From positions 1-64,000 of IMG/VR virus record IMGVR_UViG_3300032286_001304: a DNA stretch of 64,000 bases; one strand, 5' to 3'. Below the pieces are notes generated by a model. The model saw only the letters and a list, made by a program, of their open reading frames with translations. It was not told the DNA's origin and made no database searches. A program made the position numbers and the translations under genes. Numbering within the stretch: position 1 is the first letter of the stretch; each line of letters opens with the position of its first letter. The DNA is from a virus. This document shows, piece after piece, positions 1 to 6,771 of this stretch.

Positions 1-80
1 AGTGCAGCAAGTAATACCCATGCTGGAGTTCCTACTATAAGTAATAGTATTATTATAAGTATAAGATATTCCTTTTTCAT
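1..80 (-). CDS. Partial membrane protein running off the window start
   Basis: ATG at 80 overlaps the stop of the upstream ORF; translates MKKEYLILIIILLLIVGTPAWVLLAA. Confidence 0.6.
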   Translation of the reverse strand, partial: MKKEYLILIIILLLIVGTPAWVLLAA

Positions 81-421
81 AGTCCAAACCAAAGTTTTCT
101 TTTTCTTTTAAGTTTTTCAGGTAGCAAATCTATAACAAAGCACATTAGTTTAGCCCAATGTTTAGGAATAAGAATTGTTCTGGGTTTAGCTGGTTGTTCG
201 TAAAATACAACTTTAGTAACGAATACCGCTTTTTTTCCGTTTTGGGTTTTATAGTAGCGATTCCAACGAATCAGTTCTTTAATCCAATTATCATTTTCAT
301 CTATCTCAAAATAGTCAAACTTATCAACATGATAAGTTACACCCTTTGCATTATACCTTTCATAAAAACCTTCACCATACCAGTAACCGTTTTCATGGTA
401 TACTCTTAAAGTATTTTTCAT
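77..421 (-). CDS. Hypothetical protein
   Basis: 114 aa ORF, ATGA-coupled to both neighbours. Confidence 0.75.
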   Translation of the reverse strand: MKNTLRVYHENGYWYGEGFYERYNAKGVTYHVDKFDYFEIDENDNWIKELIRWNRYYKTQNGKKAVFVTKVVFYEQPAKPRTILIPKHWAKLMCFVIDLLPEKLKRKRKLWFGL

Positions 422-771
422 CCTTGTATTTCGTAAGATGCAAGATTGCGTTTTAGTTCCTCGGCTCGGTCAATGAGTTCTCTAATTTTTCGAGTTAGAA
501 TATCCTCGGCAAATTTCTTTGCGGCTTCTAGGTTTGTGAAATATCCATTACGTTCTACATAACAATCATATTTCTCGTCTTTGTCAAATGGAAATCCATC
601 CCAAGACTGTTCGACTTCACAAACAATGTTAAAGCTATCCTCATCAATCTTTTCTGTGGCGAGATATCTATTGAATGAATTAGGTGTGATAAATTTTTCA
701 ACCTCTAGTTTTCTAATGCAAGTGAGATAACCAGATGGAGCAAAACAGACTTCGTAGCAATAAGTTTTCAT
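418..771 (-). CDS. Hypothetical protein
   Basis: 117 aa ORF, ATGA-coupled. Confidence 0.75.
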   Translation of the reverse strand: MKTYCYEVCFAPSGYLTCIRKLEVEKFITPNSFNRYLATEKIDEDSFNIVCEVEQSWDGFPFDKDEKYDCYVERNGYFTNLEAAKKFAEDILTRKIRELIDRAEELKRNLASYEIQG

Positions 772-1045
772 TGTTTGAAGGTAAACAGTGTCTCCTTGCG
801 GCCCTTGCCGGACTTCCTGTTAGGCAAAAAGAAAACATCGCCGTATTCGTTTGCGATTTTGTAGCGGGCCTTGCCAGCGGCCACTATCTCGGCGCGGCGC
901 ATCTCGGCTCTTTGCTCGCGCACCTCGCGGCGAATATCCGCTTTGTATATGTGCCACGAATCCCGCTCGGCTTGGCGGAGGCGCAGCCAGAAATATGCCG
1001 CTGTTAGCGTTGCCATTACTGCGTAAAAGATAATAAGGTATTTCA
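768..1045 (-). CDS. Small membrane-anchored hypothetical protein, GC-rich
   Basis: Likely start MKYLIIFYAVMATLTAAYFW (1045) avoids overlap with the upstream gene; N-terminal hydrophobic helix. Confidence 0.65.
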
Positions 1046-1068
1046 TTGTCTTCGAGTTAGAAAATCTT

Positions 1069-1635
1069 TTAACCTCCGTAGTAACTTCCCTTACCCTCAA
1101 CCCAAAAAGCCCGAACATTCTCTTCAAGCCAATCAAATTTCAATAGTGGTGATTCGTTCTTAAAGTCTTCTAAATAAACATGATTGATAAATAAACCATC
1201 GTATTTGTTACCATTTTCAACACAAGTTACACATGGAAAAGATTTTGGAAAATCCTCGTTACGCTCTAATGTTTTAAGATCAACATCTAAATCGGATGCA
1301 ATGTATGTAACACCATCGCCATCTTCATCAGGATTATAATTTAATCCTAAACTATAAAGAAGTGTTTCTGCATTATAATCTTCAAAGATACCTCTCCAAT
1401 AAGACATATCTTCTCCGTATTCTTTTTCTGCCTTTTCGTATATCTCAAAACATTTCTTCCATTCTTGGAAGTTTTCTTCTCTAAACTCCTTATCATTTAT
1501 CTTAGAAATAAACGGCATATCTTCTTTTTTCCATACGTGTGCTGCTGCATTATATGCACGCAAATTGGTAAAGATGCAAGCAGTCCTTGCAAATTTAATG
1601 TAATCGTCTTCGGTTTGGAATGTTAGTTTAATCAT
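1069..1635 (-). CDS. Hypothetical protein
   Basis: 188 aa ORF in tandem array. Confidence 0.75.
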   Translation of the reverse strand: MIKLTFQTEDDYIKFARTACIFTNLRAYNAAAHVWKKEDMPFISKINDKEFREENFQEWKKCFEIYEKAEKEYGEDMSYWRGIFEDYNAETLLYSLGLNYNPDEDGDGVTYIASDLDVDLKTLERNEDFPKSFPCVTCVENGNKYDGLFINHVYLEDFKNESPLLKFDWLEENVRAFWVEGKGSYYGG

Positions 1636-1684
1636 TTTGTTTTTTTTGGTTTGAAAGGAAATCTATCTACTGGCGGCTTATAAT

Positions 1685-2407
1685 TTAGTTTAAACAAAGT
1701 TGCCCATCAGTTGGGCGGGAAATATTTGTAGTATATCCAGTATTAAATCCAGCAGAGGATGCGTCTCCACCATAAATATTCAAGCGGGAAGCATTTGATA
1801 TATATAATTTTGGGAACTTTGTTTTTACAAAATTATCTCTTTCCTTCTTATTATTTACAAGAACTATTGAATATTTCTCTCTTGAAGATTTCTGAATATT
1901 AGTAGCCATACCAGCAAAAGATTCATTCTCTTGTTTCGTTTTAGCTTCAGTTAATTTAATATCAAGCCCTCTCGTAAATCCCTCAAGAAATGTTGCACGA
2001 TAACGAGTTTTGGCATTATTTGTCTTTTGATAATATTGCCAAGAACGCATCATATGTTCTTTTAGAAATGATTGGACATAAAGAGCGAATTCAACGTCTG
2101 ATTTACGACCAAGGAAACAAATCTTAACTCCATCGTATCGTGAACCAGAATAAACTAGATCAACATTAAAATGCTTTTGCAAAACATTTGAAATAAATCT
2201 TTGGGTTACACTCATTCGCTTTCCTTCAAGAATTTCTTCAGAAGTAAATTCTTCTTTAGGTTGCTCTATTGACGCAAGAGCTAAGTCAATATTATATTTT
2301 GCTGCTAAAGTAGTCGCTTTTTCAAGAGCGGATTCTGCTTCTGCTCCAGTTGCTCCTTTGTGAAGTTGGAGAAGTTTTTTTAATTTTTCTAGGATTTCGG
2401 TATTCAT
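1685..2407 (-). CDS. DUF2786 domain protein
   Basis: ILEKLKKLL...EAESALEKATTLAAKYNID N-terminal signature; start moved to MNTEILEK, downstream of the promoter. Confidence 0.8.
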   Translation of the reverse strand: MNTEILEKLKKLLQLHKGATGAEAESALEKATTLAAKYNIDLALASIEQPKEEFTSEEILEGKRMSVTQRFISNVLQKHFNVDLVYSGSRYDGVKICFLGRKSDVEFALYVQSFLKEHMMRSWQYYQKTNNAKTRYRATFLEGFTRGLDIKLTEAKTKQENESFAGMATNIQKSSREKYSIVLVNNKKERDNFVKTKFPKLYISNASRLNIYGGDASSAGFNTGYTTNISRPTDGQLCLN

Positions 2408-2430
2408 TTGGTTTTTGGGTTGAGAATAAG

Positions 2431-2458
2431 AGAATAGACTAAACAGAGAAAAAATCAA
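2431..2458 (-). promoter_or_regulatory. Sigma70-like promoter
   Basis: TTGATT-16-TATTCT preceded by a T/A tract. Confidence 0.55.
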
Positions 2459-2490
2459 GGTTTTTTTTCGCTTTTTTTAAAAAAATATTA

Positions 2491-2970
2491 TTAATACATT
2501 GGCTGATTTCTAAATGCTTTTAGGAATCCATCTCTTTCATCATCTATTATTATCAGATAATTAAATATTAAAGATTTACTAAAAGTCTTTTCGTAAGATT
2601 CTCCAGACATCTCCCTATCTTCTGATGGGTCGTATATTTTACCATCGCAAATTAATACTGCATGGTCTCTCCCTTTCTTTGAGTATTTATTTTTATAATT
2701 TGCGGAGCTTATCACAGGAAACTTTAAAGATAAAGTAATTAGATTAGAAAATATGTTCCAATAATCTTCGTTTATGATTACAGCATTGAAAATTACATTA
2801 TTTCTTTTTAAGAATTTCTCAATAGAACACATTTCTGTTCCAAGTCTTGTTGTTTTTAATTGTTTTCTAGCAATCCTTTCTTCTATTCCAAATAACATAG
2901 ATACAGCAGATGCCACGCAAGAATATGGTTTTTCTTGGTGACGATGTGAAATCTTTTTAATAGGTTTCAT
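2491..2970 (-). CDS. Peptidase C39-like (papain-fold) protein
   Basis: QEKPYSCVASAVSM (Gln/Cys) ... HAVLIC ... IYDPS (His/Asp). Confidence 0.7.
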   Translation of the reverse strand: MKPIKKISHRHQEKPYSCVASAVSMLFGIEERIARKQLKTTRLGTEMCSIEKFLKRNNVIFNAVIINEDYWNIFSNLITLSLKFPVISSANYKNKYSKKGRDHAVLICDGKIYDPSEDREMSGESYEKTFSKSLIFNYLIIIDDERDGFLKAFRNQPMY

Positions 2971-3032
2971 TGATAATTTTCGGGTTTTACATAAAAGTTT
3001 GTTTTAAATTATTTTATTATTTTATAAATAAA

Positions 3033-3095
3033 TGGTTGGACGGGCCAGATTTTGAACTGAGCTATCTGCTTATATTTGATTTAAGCTTTCATCCA
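3033..3095 (-). pseudogene. Degenerate 63 nt tRNA-like element ending in ACCA
   Basis: Imperfect acceptor stem TGGATGA/CCGTCCA, T-arm-like CAG-TTCAAAAT-CTG, one internal hairpin GCTTA/TAAGC. Confidence 0.5.
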
Positions 3096-3152
3096 AAAAT
3101 AAAATGGCGCATATTTATAAAGGAGTTGGTTTTTAGTGTTTATCCTTTATAT

Positions 3153-3647
3153 ATGAAAAAAAGTATTTTAAATCAAATTCCTAATGAAAAACTTCAAACT
3201 CTATTTGATAATAATAATTCTATAAGTTCTATTTTAGGAGAGCTTAATCTAAGCAAATCATGTCGTCATTCAAGAAAAATTCTTAAAAAAAGAATGGTAG
3301 ATTTAGATTTAACAAGATTTAATGAATTAAGAGCTAAAAAATCTCCATTTAAAAGTTTTTATAAAAAATATAAAGACGAAGATATGTTTAAGTTAAATTC
3401 GGATGTTGACGTAAAAACGATAAAAAGAAGGTTTTGCGAAAAAAATCTGCCATTAAAATGCGAATGTTGTAAGATTGAAAATAAATGGAATAATAAACCG
3501 CTAACTTTACAATTTGATCATAAAAATGGAAATAATAAAGATAATAGATTAGAAAATTTACGATGGCTTTGCCCCAATTGTCATAGCCAAACAGAAACTT
3601 ATACTGGGAAGAATAACAAAAAAATGGTGTCTCCGGTTGGACTCTAA
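3153..3647 (+). CDS. HNH homing endonuclease, antisense to the tRNA cluster
   Basis: CECC...LTLQFDHKNGNNKDNRLENLRWLCPNCHSQT; likely start MKKSILNQ. Confidence 0.9.
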   Translation: MKKSILNQIPNEKLQTLFDNNNSISSILGELNLSKSCRHSRKILKKRMVDLDLTRFNELRAKKSPFKSFYKKYKDEDMFKLNSDVDVKTIKRRFCEKNLPLKCECCKIENKWNNKPLTLQFDHKNGNNKDNRLENLRWLCPNCHSQTETYTGKNNKKMVSPVGL

Positions 3648-3701
3648 CCAACGACCATCCGTTTAGAAGACGGATACTCTATACAACTGAGCTACGGAGA
3701 C
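3625..3701 (-). tRNA. tRNA-Arg(UCU) with non-canonical T-loop
   Basis: Cloverleaf GTCTCCG...CGGAGAC-ACCA; anticodon arm TCCGT-CTTCTAA-ACGGA; T-loop TTAGAGT. Confidence 0.93.
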
Positions 3702-3727
3702 AAAATAAAAATAACAAAAACAAAAAT

Positions 3728-3815
3728 TGGTCGCGCTAAACGGAATCGAACCGTTATGCCTATTACGGGCGAAAGATTTTGAGTCTTTTGTGTCTGCCAA
3801 TTCCACCATAACGCG
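3728..3815 (-). tRNA. tRNA-Leu(CAA)
   Basis: Anticodon arm AAAGA-CTCAAAA-TCTTT, long variable arm, GGTTCGATTCC, encoded CCA. Confidence 0.95.
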
Positions 3816-3832
3816 ATAAAATAATTTAGTAA

Positions 3833-3893
3833 TTCAAAGAACCTTTTATTCTTAACCTTCTACTATCCTGCCACAAACCATACTTTCAGTCAA
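3833..3893 (-). promoter_or_regulatory. Sigma70-like promoter plus boxA-like motif upstream of tRNA-Leu/Arg
   Basis: TTGACT-17-CAGGAT, then GTTCTTTGAA at 3833-3842. Confidence 0.6.
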
Positions 3894-3956
3894 TACTTTT
3901 CTATCGTTTTTTTAAAAAAATTTCATATTTTTTATTATGACAAAAATAAAATAATA

Positions 3957-4028
3957 TCCCCTTGCATCAGGTTAATCATCAATTTAAAAAAACCACTAAA
4001 TAAATCAATGTCCTCATCGACAAGGGGA
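3957..4028 (-). ncRNA. Putative long-hairpin ncRNA, unknown family
   Basis: TCCCCTTG/CAAGGGGA closing stem; inner 10 bp stem CATTGATTTA/TAAATTGATG needs G-U pairs that form on the minus strand. Confidence 0.55.
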
Positions 4029-4054
4029 AAAATGTTAAAATAACAAAAATAATA

Positions 4055-4174
4055 CCTCGTAAATAAGCGTTTCTAAAATGTCTCCAGCGAAGCTAGATCC
4101 TTGCATTTTGAGATTTTATCTCATTTTAGAAACCAATGAAATCATCTAGTTGTGAGCATTGCTTATTTACGAGG
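4055..4174 (-). ncRNA. Putative multi-stem ncRNA, unknown family
   Basis: Perfect 14 bp (CCTCGTAAATAAGC) and 12 bp (GTTTCTAAAATG) nested stems plus internal hairpins. Confidence 0.65.
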
Positions 4175-4206
4175 ATTTATCAGGACATGACCCCCGATAA
4201 AAGTAT

Positions 4207-4268
4207 TTGAAAGAACAAAAATTTTACTTAACTTCTAATACCATAGTTTATTCCGTATTGTAATTCAA
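4207..4268 (-). promoter_or_regulatory. Sigma70-like promoter plus boxA-like motif
   Basis: TTGAAT-17-TATGGT, then GTTCTTTCAA at 4207-4216. Confidence 0.55.
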
Positions 4269-4287
4269 GTGTTTTTTTAAAAAAAAT

Positions 4288-4404
4288 TCGACTCCCTAAC
4301 AGTCGATCTTAATGGGTATTTTAATAAAACATAGTTAAACTTTTCAGCAAAACATAGTTTTATTAATCAAGGTTTCTGGTTTGGAATCGCCTACTATAAA
4401 CCTT
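4288..4404. ncRNA. Three consecutive hairpins 3' of tRNA(CAU), possible ncRNA
   Basis: TCGACT/AGTCGA, TTAATAAAAC/GTTTTATTAA, AAGGTTT/AAACCTT. Confidence 0.4.
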
Positions 4405-4416
4405 TTTTCGGAAAAA

Positions 4417-4492
4417 TGGTGGGCGATGAGGGATTCGAACCCCCACTCAAAGCATTATGAGTGCTCTGCTTTAACCATTAAGCTAACCGCCC
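4417..4492 (-). tRNA. tRNA with CAU anticodon, probably Ile2 (lysidine-modified); elongator Met not excluded
   Basis: GGGCGGT acceptor with paired G1-C72, AGCA-CTCATAA-TGCT, GGTTCGAATCC, CCA; lacks the initiator GGG/CCC anticodon stem. Confidence 0.9.
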
Positions 4493-4500
4493 ATAAAGTA

Positions 4501-4546
4501 TTTAAAGAATAAGAAAATGTTTAGACGAGTCTCACTCACTCGTCAA
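4501..4546 (-). promoter_or_regulatory. Sigma70-like promoter with dyad spacer plus boxA-like motif upstream of tRNA(CAU)
   Basis: TTGACG-17-TAAACA containing GACGAGT-N7-ACTCGTC; ATTCTTTAAA at 4501-4510. Confidence 0.55.
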
Positions 4547-4653
4547 GAGGATATTTTGTTGTCCCACAATTTTTTAAGGGAATTTTTCACTTGTTATCAG
4601 ACAAATATTAAAACCTAAAATTATAACCGCCAATTTTCTAATTAATTGGTAAA

Positions 4654-4728
4654 TGGTGCGAGCGGAGGGAATCGAACCCTCATCTCAGCTTTGGAAGAGC
4701 CGCATAATAGCCTTTATACTACGCTCGC
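4654..4728 (-). tRNA. tRNA-Gly(UCC)
   Basis: GCGAGCG acceptor, GGCT-CTTCCAA-AGCT, GGTTCGATTCC, CCA. Confidence 0.95.
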
Positions 4729-4742
4729 ATAAAATTGTGTTC

Positions 4743-4880
4743 AATCTCTAACTGATTAATGATATTCGGCGAATTCATCGAAAAAGTCAAGAACACCTTT
4801 GAATTTTTCTCTCTCCGTCAAGTCGGGTGGTGAATTCGTTATCCTGTGAAATAAAGATAATCAATCTTCATTTCGAGATT
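4743..4880. ncRNA. Long interrupted inverted repeat, either ncRNA or promoter/operator region
   Basis: Nested AATCTC/GAGATT, TGATTA/TAATCA, GGCGAATTCATCG/TGGTGAATTCGTT; also contains minus-strand TTGACT-17-GAATAT. Confidence 0.35.
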
Positions 4881-4908
4881 AAAATTGATTTAAAGAACAA
4901 AATTGAAA

Positions 4909-5020
4909 TGCTAGTTTTTTGAGATTCGCGGAAACTAGCAAAACCAACTATCTCGTTTTTATAGTCCTGTTCAGAGCGGACTGTCAATCAATAATTACGT
5001 TTTAACGGCATAATCTTGAG
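4909..5020. ncRNA. Putative pseudoknotted ncRNA
   Basis: Interleaved stems TGCTAGTTT/AAACTAGCA and GAGAT/ATCTC plus two more hairpins. Confidence 0.5.
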
Positions 5021-5071
5021 TGTTTTCATTTGGATTGAAAAAAATATAAAAAGAACAAAAATGACCTACTT

Positions 5072-5126
5072 TCTCTTATTGGAATCGAACCAATTATATT
5101 TAGTGGCAACCATATCACCCAAGAGA
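5072..5126 (-). ncRNA. tRNA-like mini element with D-like and T arms but no anticodon arm
   Basis: TCTCTT/AAGAGA stem, GG-containing D-like hairpin, perfect T-arm ATTGG-TTCGATT-CCAAT. Confidence 0.6.
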
Positions 5127-5139
5127 TTTCGGTTTTTTA

Positions 5140-5239
5140 TCTCATAATCCGGCTCGTTAATTCCGGCTTTCTGTGAGTTATGCTTGACAGGAAAAACCGT
5201 GCATAATCCTTATATGATTACTACATATTTATTATGAGA
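5140..5239 (-). ncRNA. Four-way-junction (cloverleaf-like) RNA that is not a canonical tRNA
   Basis: Closing stem TCTCATAAT/ATTATGAGA with arms ATATG/CATAT, TTATGC/GCATAA, CCGG/CCGG. Confidence 0.55.
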
Positions 5240-5248
5240 CAAATTATT

Positions 5249-5341
5249 AAAAAAGAACAAAAATTAATATCCCCAGTTTTTAAATAGGGGAGGAAGTGTT
5301 TGATTCACGCCCAATCTACATGGGACTATCATAATTGTCAA
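5249..5341 (-). promoter_or_regulatory. Sigma70-like promoter, boxB-like hairpin and boxA-like motif
   Basis: TTGACA-17-TAGATT; TCCCC/GGGGA hairpin 5270-5291; GTTCTTT at 5252-5258. Confidence 0.6.
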
Positions 5342-5400
5342 CCAATTCTTTTAAAAAAATTGATAAGATATAATGAAACCCTTTACTCCCTGTAAAATAA

Positions 5401-5488
5401 TTTCAAATAAGAAGAACCAACTTACGTGGCACTTGCTTGGCTTTTTACGGCTCTTCACACTCCACTATGCTTTACTTCTTATTTGAAA
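5401..5488 (-). ncRNA. Putative ncRNA closed by a perfect 14 bp stem
   Basis: TTTCAAATAAGAAG/CTTCTTATTTGAAA enclosing a GC-richer 60 nt core; first unit after promoter and boxA. Confidence 0.55.
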
Positions 5489-5501
5489 AATTGAAAAGAT
5501 T

Positions 5502-5562
5502 TTGAAAGAACGACATTACATCTAACTCTTCTTACCTTACCCGATTCCACTCTGGAAATCAA
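5502..5562 (-). promoter_or_regulatory. Sigma70-like promoter plus boxA-like motif at the head of the RNA cluster
   Basis: TTGATT-17-TAAGGT, then GTTCTTTCAA at 5502-5511. Confidence 0.6.
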
Positions 5563-5574
5563 GGATTTTTTTCA

Positions 5575-5593
5575 TTTTTTTTTTTTTTTTTTT
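5575..5593. repeat. T19 homopolymer
   Basis: Directly visible. Confidence 0.9.
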
Positions 5594-5595
5594 GA

Positions 5596-5751
5596 TTAAG
5601 CGCAAAGGTCTCGCATATCAATCTCCGAAGAAAAGTTTTTATTTTCGATTTTATTTTTTTTGCTCTTAATTATCTTAGTTGGAAGAGCTTTTACTTTTGA
5701 CCTTGGTTTGTAGATTTTATTTAATTTTTTCTTTAATTTGTGGGTTTTCAT
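5596..5751 (-). CDS. Small Lys-rich protein (51 aa, below ORF-track cutoff)
   Basis: MKTHKLKKKLNKIYKPRSKVKALPTKIIKSKK... Confidence 0.55.
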   Translation of the reverse strand: MKTHKLKKKLNKIYKPRSKVKALPTKIIKSKKNKIENKNFSSEIDMRDLCA

Positions 5752-5790
5752 GAAATAAAGTTTGTATTTTATAATACAGATATTTTAATA

Positions 5791-5970
5791 TTAATCTTCT
5801 ATTGAAATTGTTTTTATTCCAAAATTACGATGAAATATAACAAATATATTTATTGGATCTTCAAATGCACCATGAATTTTTGTTTCAGATGGGAATTTAG
5901 ATAGAATATCTATCAACTCTTGAGTTGTCTTGATATTTAGATATTCCTCCGTTACTATCGGTATTTTCAT
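5791..5970 (-). CDS. Hypothetical protein (59 aa, below ORF-track cutoff)
   Basis: MKIPIVTEEYLNIKTTQELIDILSKFP... Confidence 0.5.
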   Translation of the reverse strand: MKIPIVTEEYLNIKTTQELIDILSKFPSETKIHGAFEDPINIFVIFHRNFGIKTISIED

Positions 5971-6101
5971 AATTATGAAATAATTTATTGTTTAGTTCAA
6001 TAGACGCATAATCACGCGCATCGCTTGTGGAAAATCCATTTTTCATGCAATCATTCCATATTTGCATAAATTTTATCTTATATATATAATCTATCATTTT
6101 T

Positions 6102-6377
6102 TTATTTTTTATAATCAGCCCATAAATGCCATACTTGCCAATCGTTATCTTCTCTTACCTTCTCTACAAAAGGATATGCTTTTTCACCAAAAAAATCAAG
6201 TAATTTTTCTACTTTTTTTTCGATACTCCATGAATCCCAAGTTTTATTATCAATAGCAAGTAAAAATTGATGTCTAACATATCCTTCTTCTACTGGAAAG
6301 TTTGCTTCTGGTTTTTTAATCATATTCAAACAAGATAAATGCGGTTTTAAGGATGACCGCAAACCTTTTTTAACCAA
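6102..6377 (-). CDS. Hypothetical protein
   Basis: ORF in tandem array; start uncertain. Confidence 0.6.
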   Translation of the reverse strand: MVKKGLRSSLKPHLSCLNMIKKPEANFPVEEGYVRHQFLLAIDNKTWDSWSIEKKVEKLLDFFGEKAYPFVEKVREDNDWQVWHLWADYKK

Positions 6378-6387
6378 AAATAACTAC

Positions 6388-6573
6388 TTATAGAGGAGTT
6401 ATTAAATTTTTGACGCTTTTTTTATCTTTTACGTCAATCTTTCGCTTATGAGCATCAAATAAATAACGCTTTGTTGCTTCTATAAAATCTTTTGTTTTAG
6501 ATTTATATTCAGCAGAACTACGAATCTTATTTATTCTTTCATCATTATTTAGCTTTTCTTTTTCTTTTTTCAT
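6388..6573 (-). CDS. Hypothetical protein
   Basis: 61 aa ORF tiling with neighbours. Confidence 0.6.
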   Translation of the reverse strand: MKKEKEKLNNDERINKIRSSAEYKSKTKDFIEATKRYLFDAHKRKIDVKDKKSVKNLITPL

Positions 6574-6577
6574 TTTA

Positions 6578-6766
6578 TTATGAGTTATTTTCTTTTACAC
6601 TAAATCCATATTTAGCAAGAGATTCACGGTCTTTTTTATTTTTTGCTCCAATAAGTTTCCATGCACCATTTTCCGTATTAGAAGATGCAATTTTAATAGT
6701 GTCTTTGAAGACAAAATATTTATCAGAGCAATTAATGAGTGATGTAGTTGTTTTTGTGTTTTGCAT
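6578..6766 (-). CDS. Hypothetical protein
   Basis: 62 aa ORF tiling with neighbours. Confidence 0.6.
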   Translation of the reverse strand: MQNTKTTTSLINCSDKYFVFKDTIKIASSNTENGAWKLIGAKNKKDRESLAKYGFSVKENNS

Positions 6767-6771
6767 ATTTA

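Noticed and set aside
3957-4028. Box C/D sRNA (GATGA, TGATGA and CTGA inside a terminal stem)
   Set aside because: Guide spacers would be only about 5 nt, the k-turn geometry does not fit, and a simple long hairpin explains the sequence.
3900-5570. CRISPR array, tmRNA, SRP RNA or 6S RNA
   Set aside because: No regularly spaced 25-40 nt direct repeats, no alanyl acceptor with tag ORF, no SRP domain IV motif. The 4743-4880 stem only superficially resembles 6S RNA.
5596-5751. Ribosome-rescue factor (ArfA/BrfA-like)
   Set aside because: The resemblance is limited to small size and basic composition.
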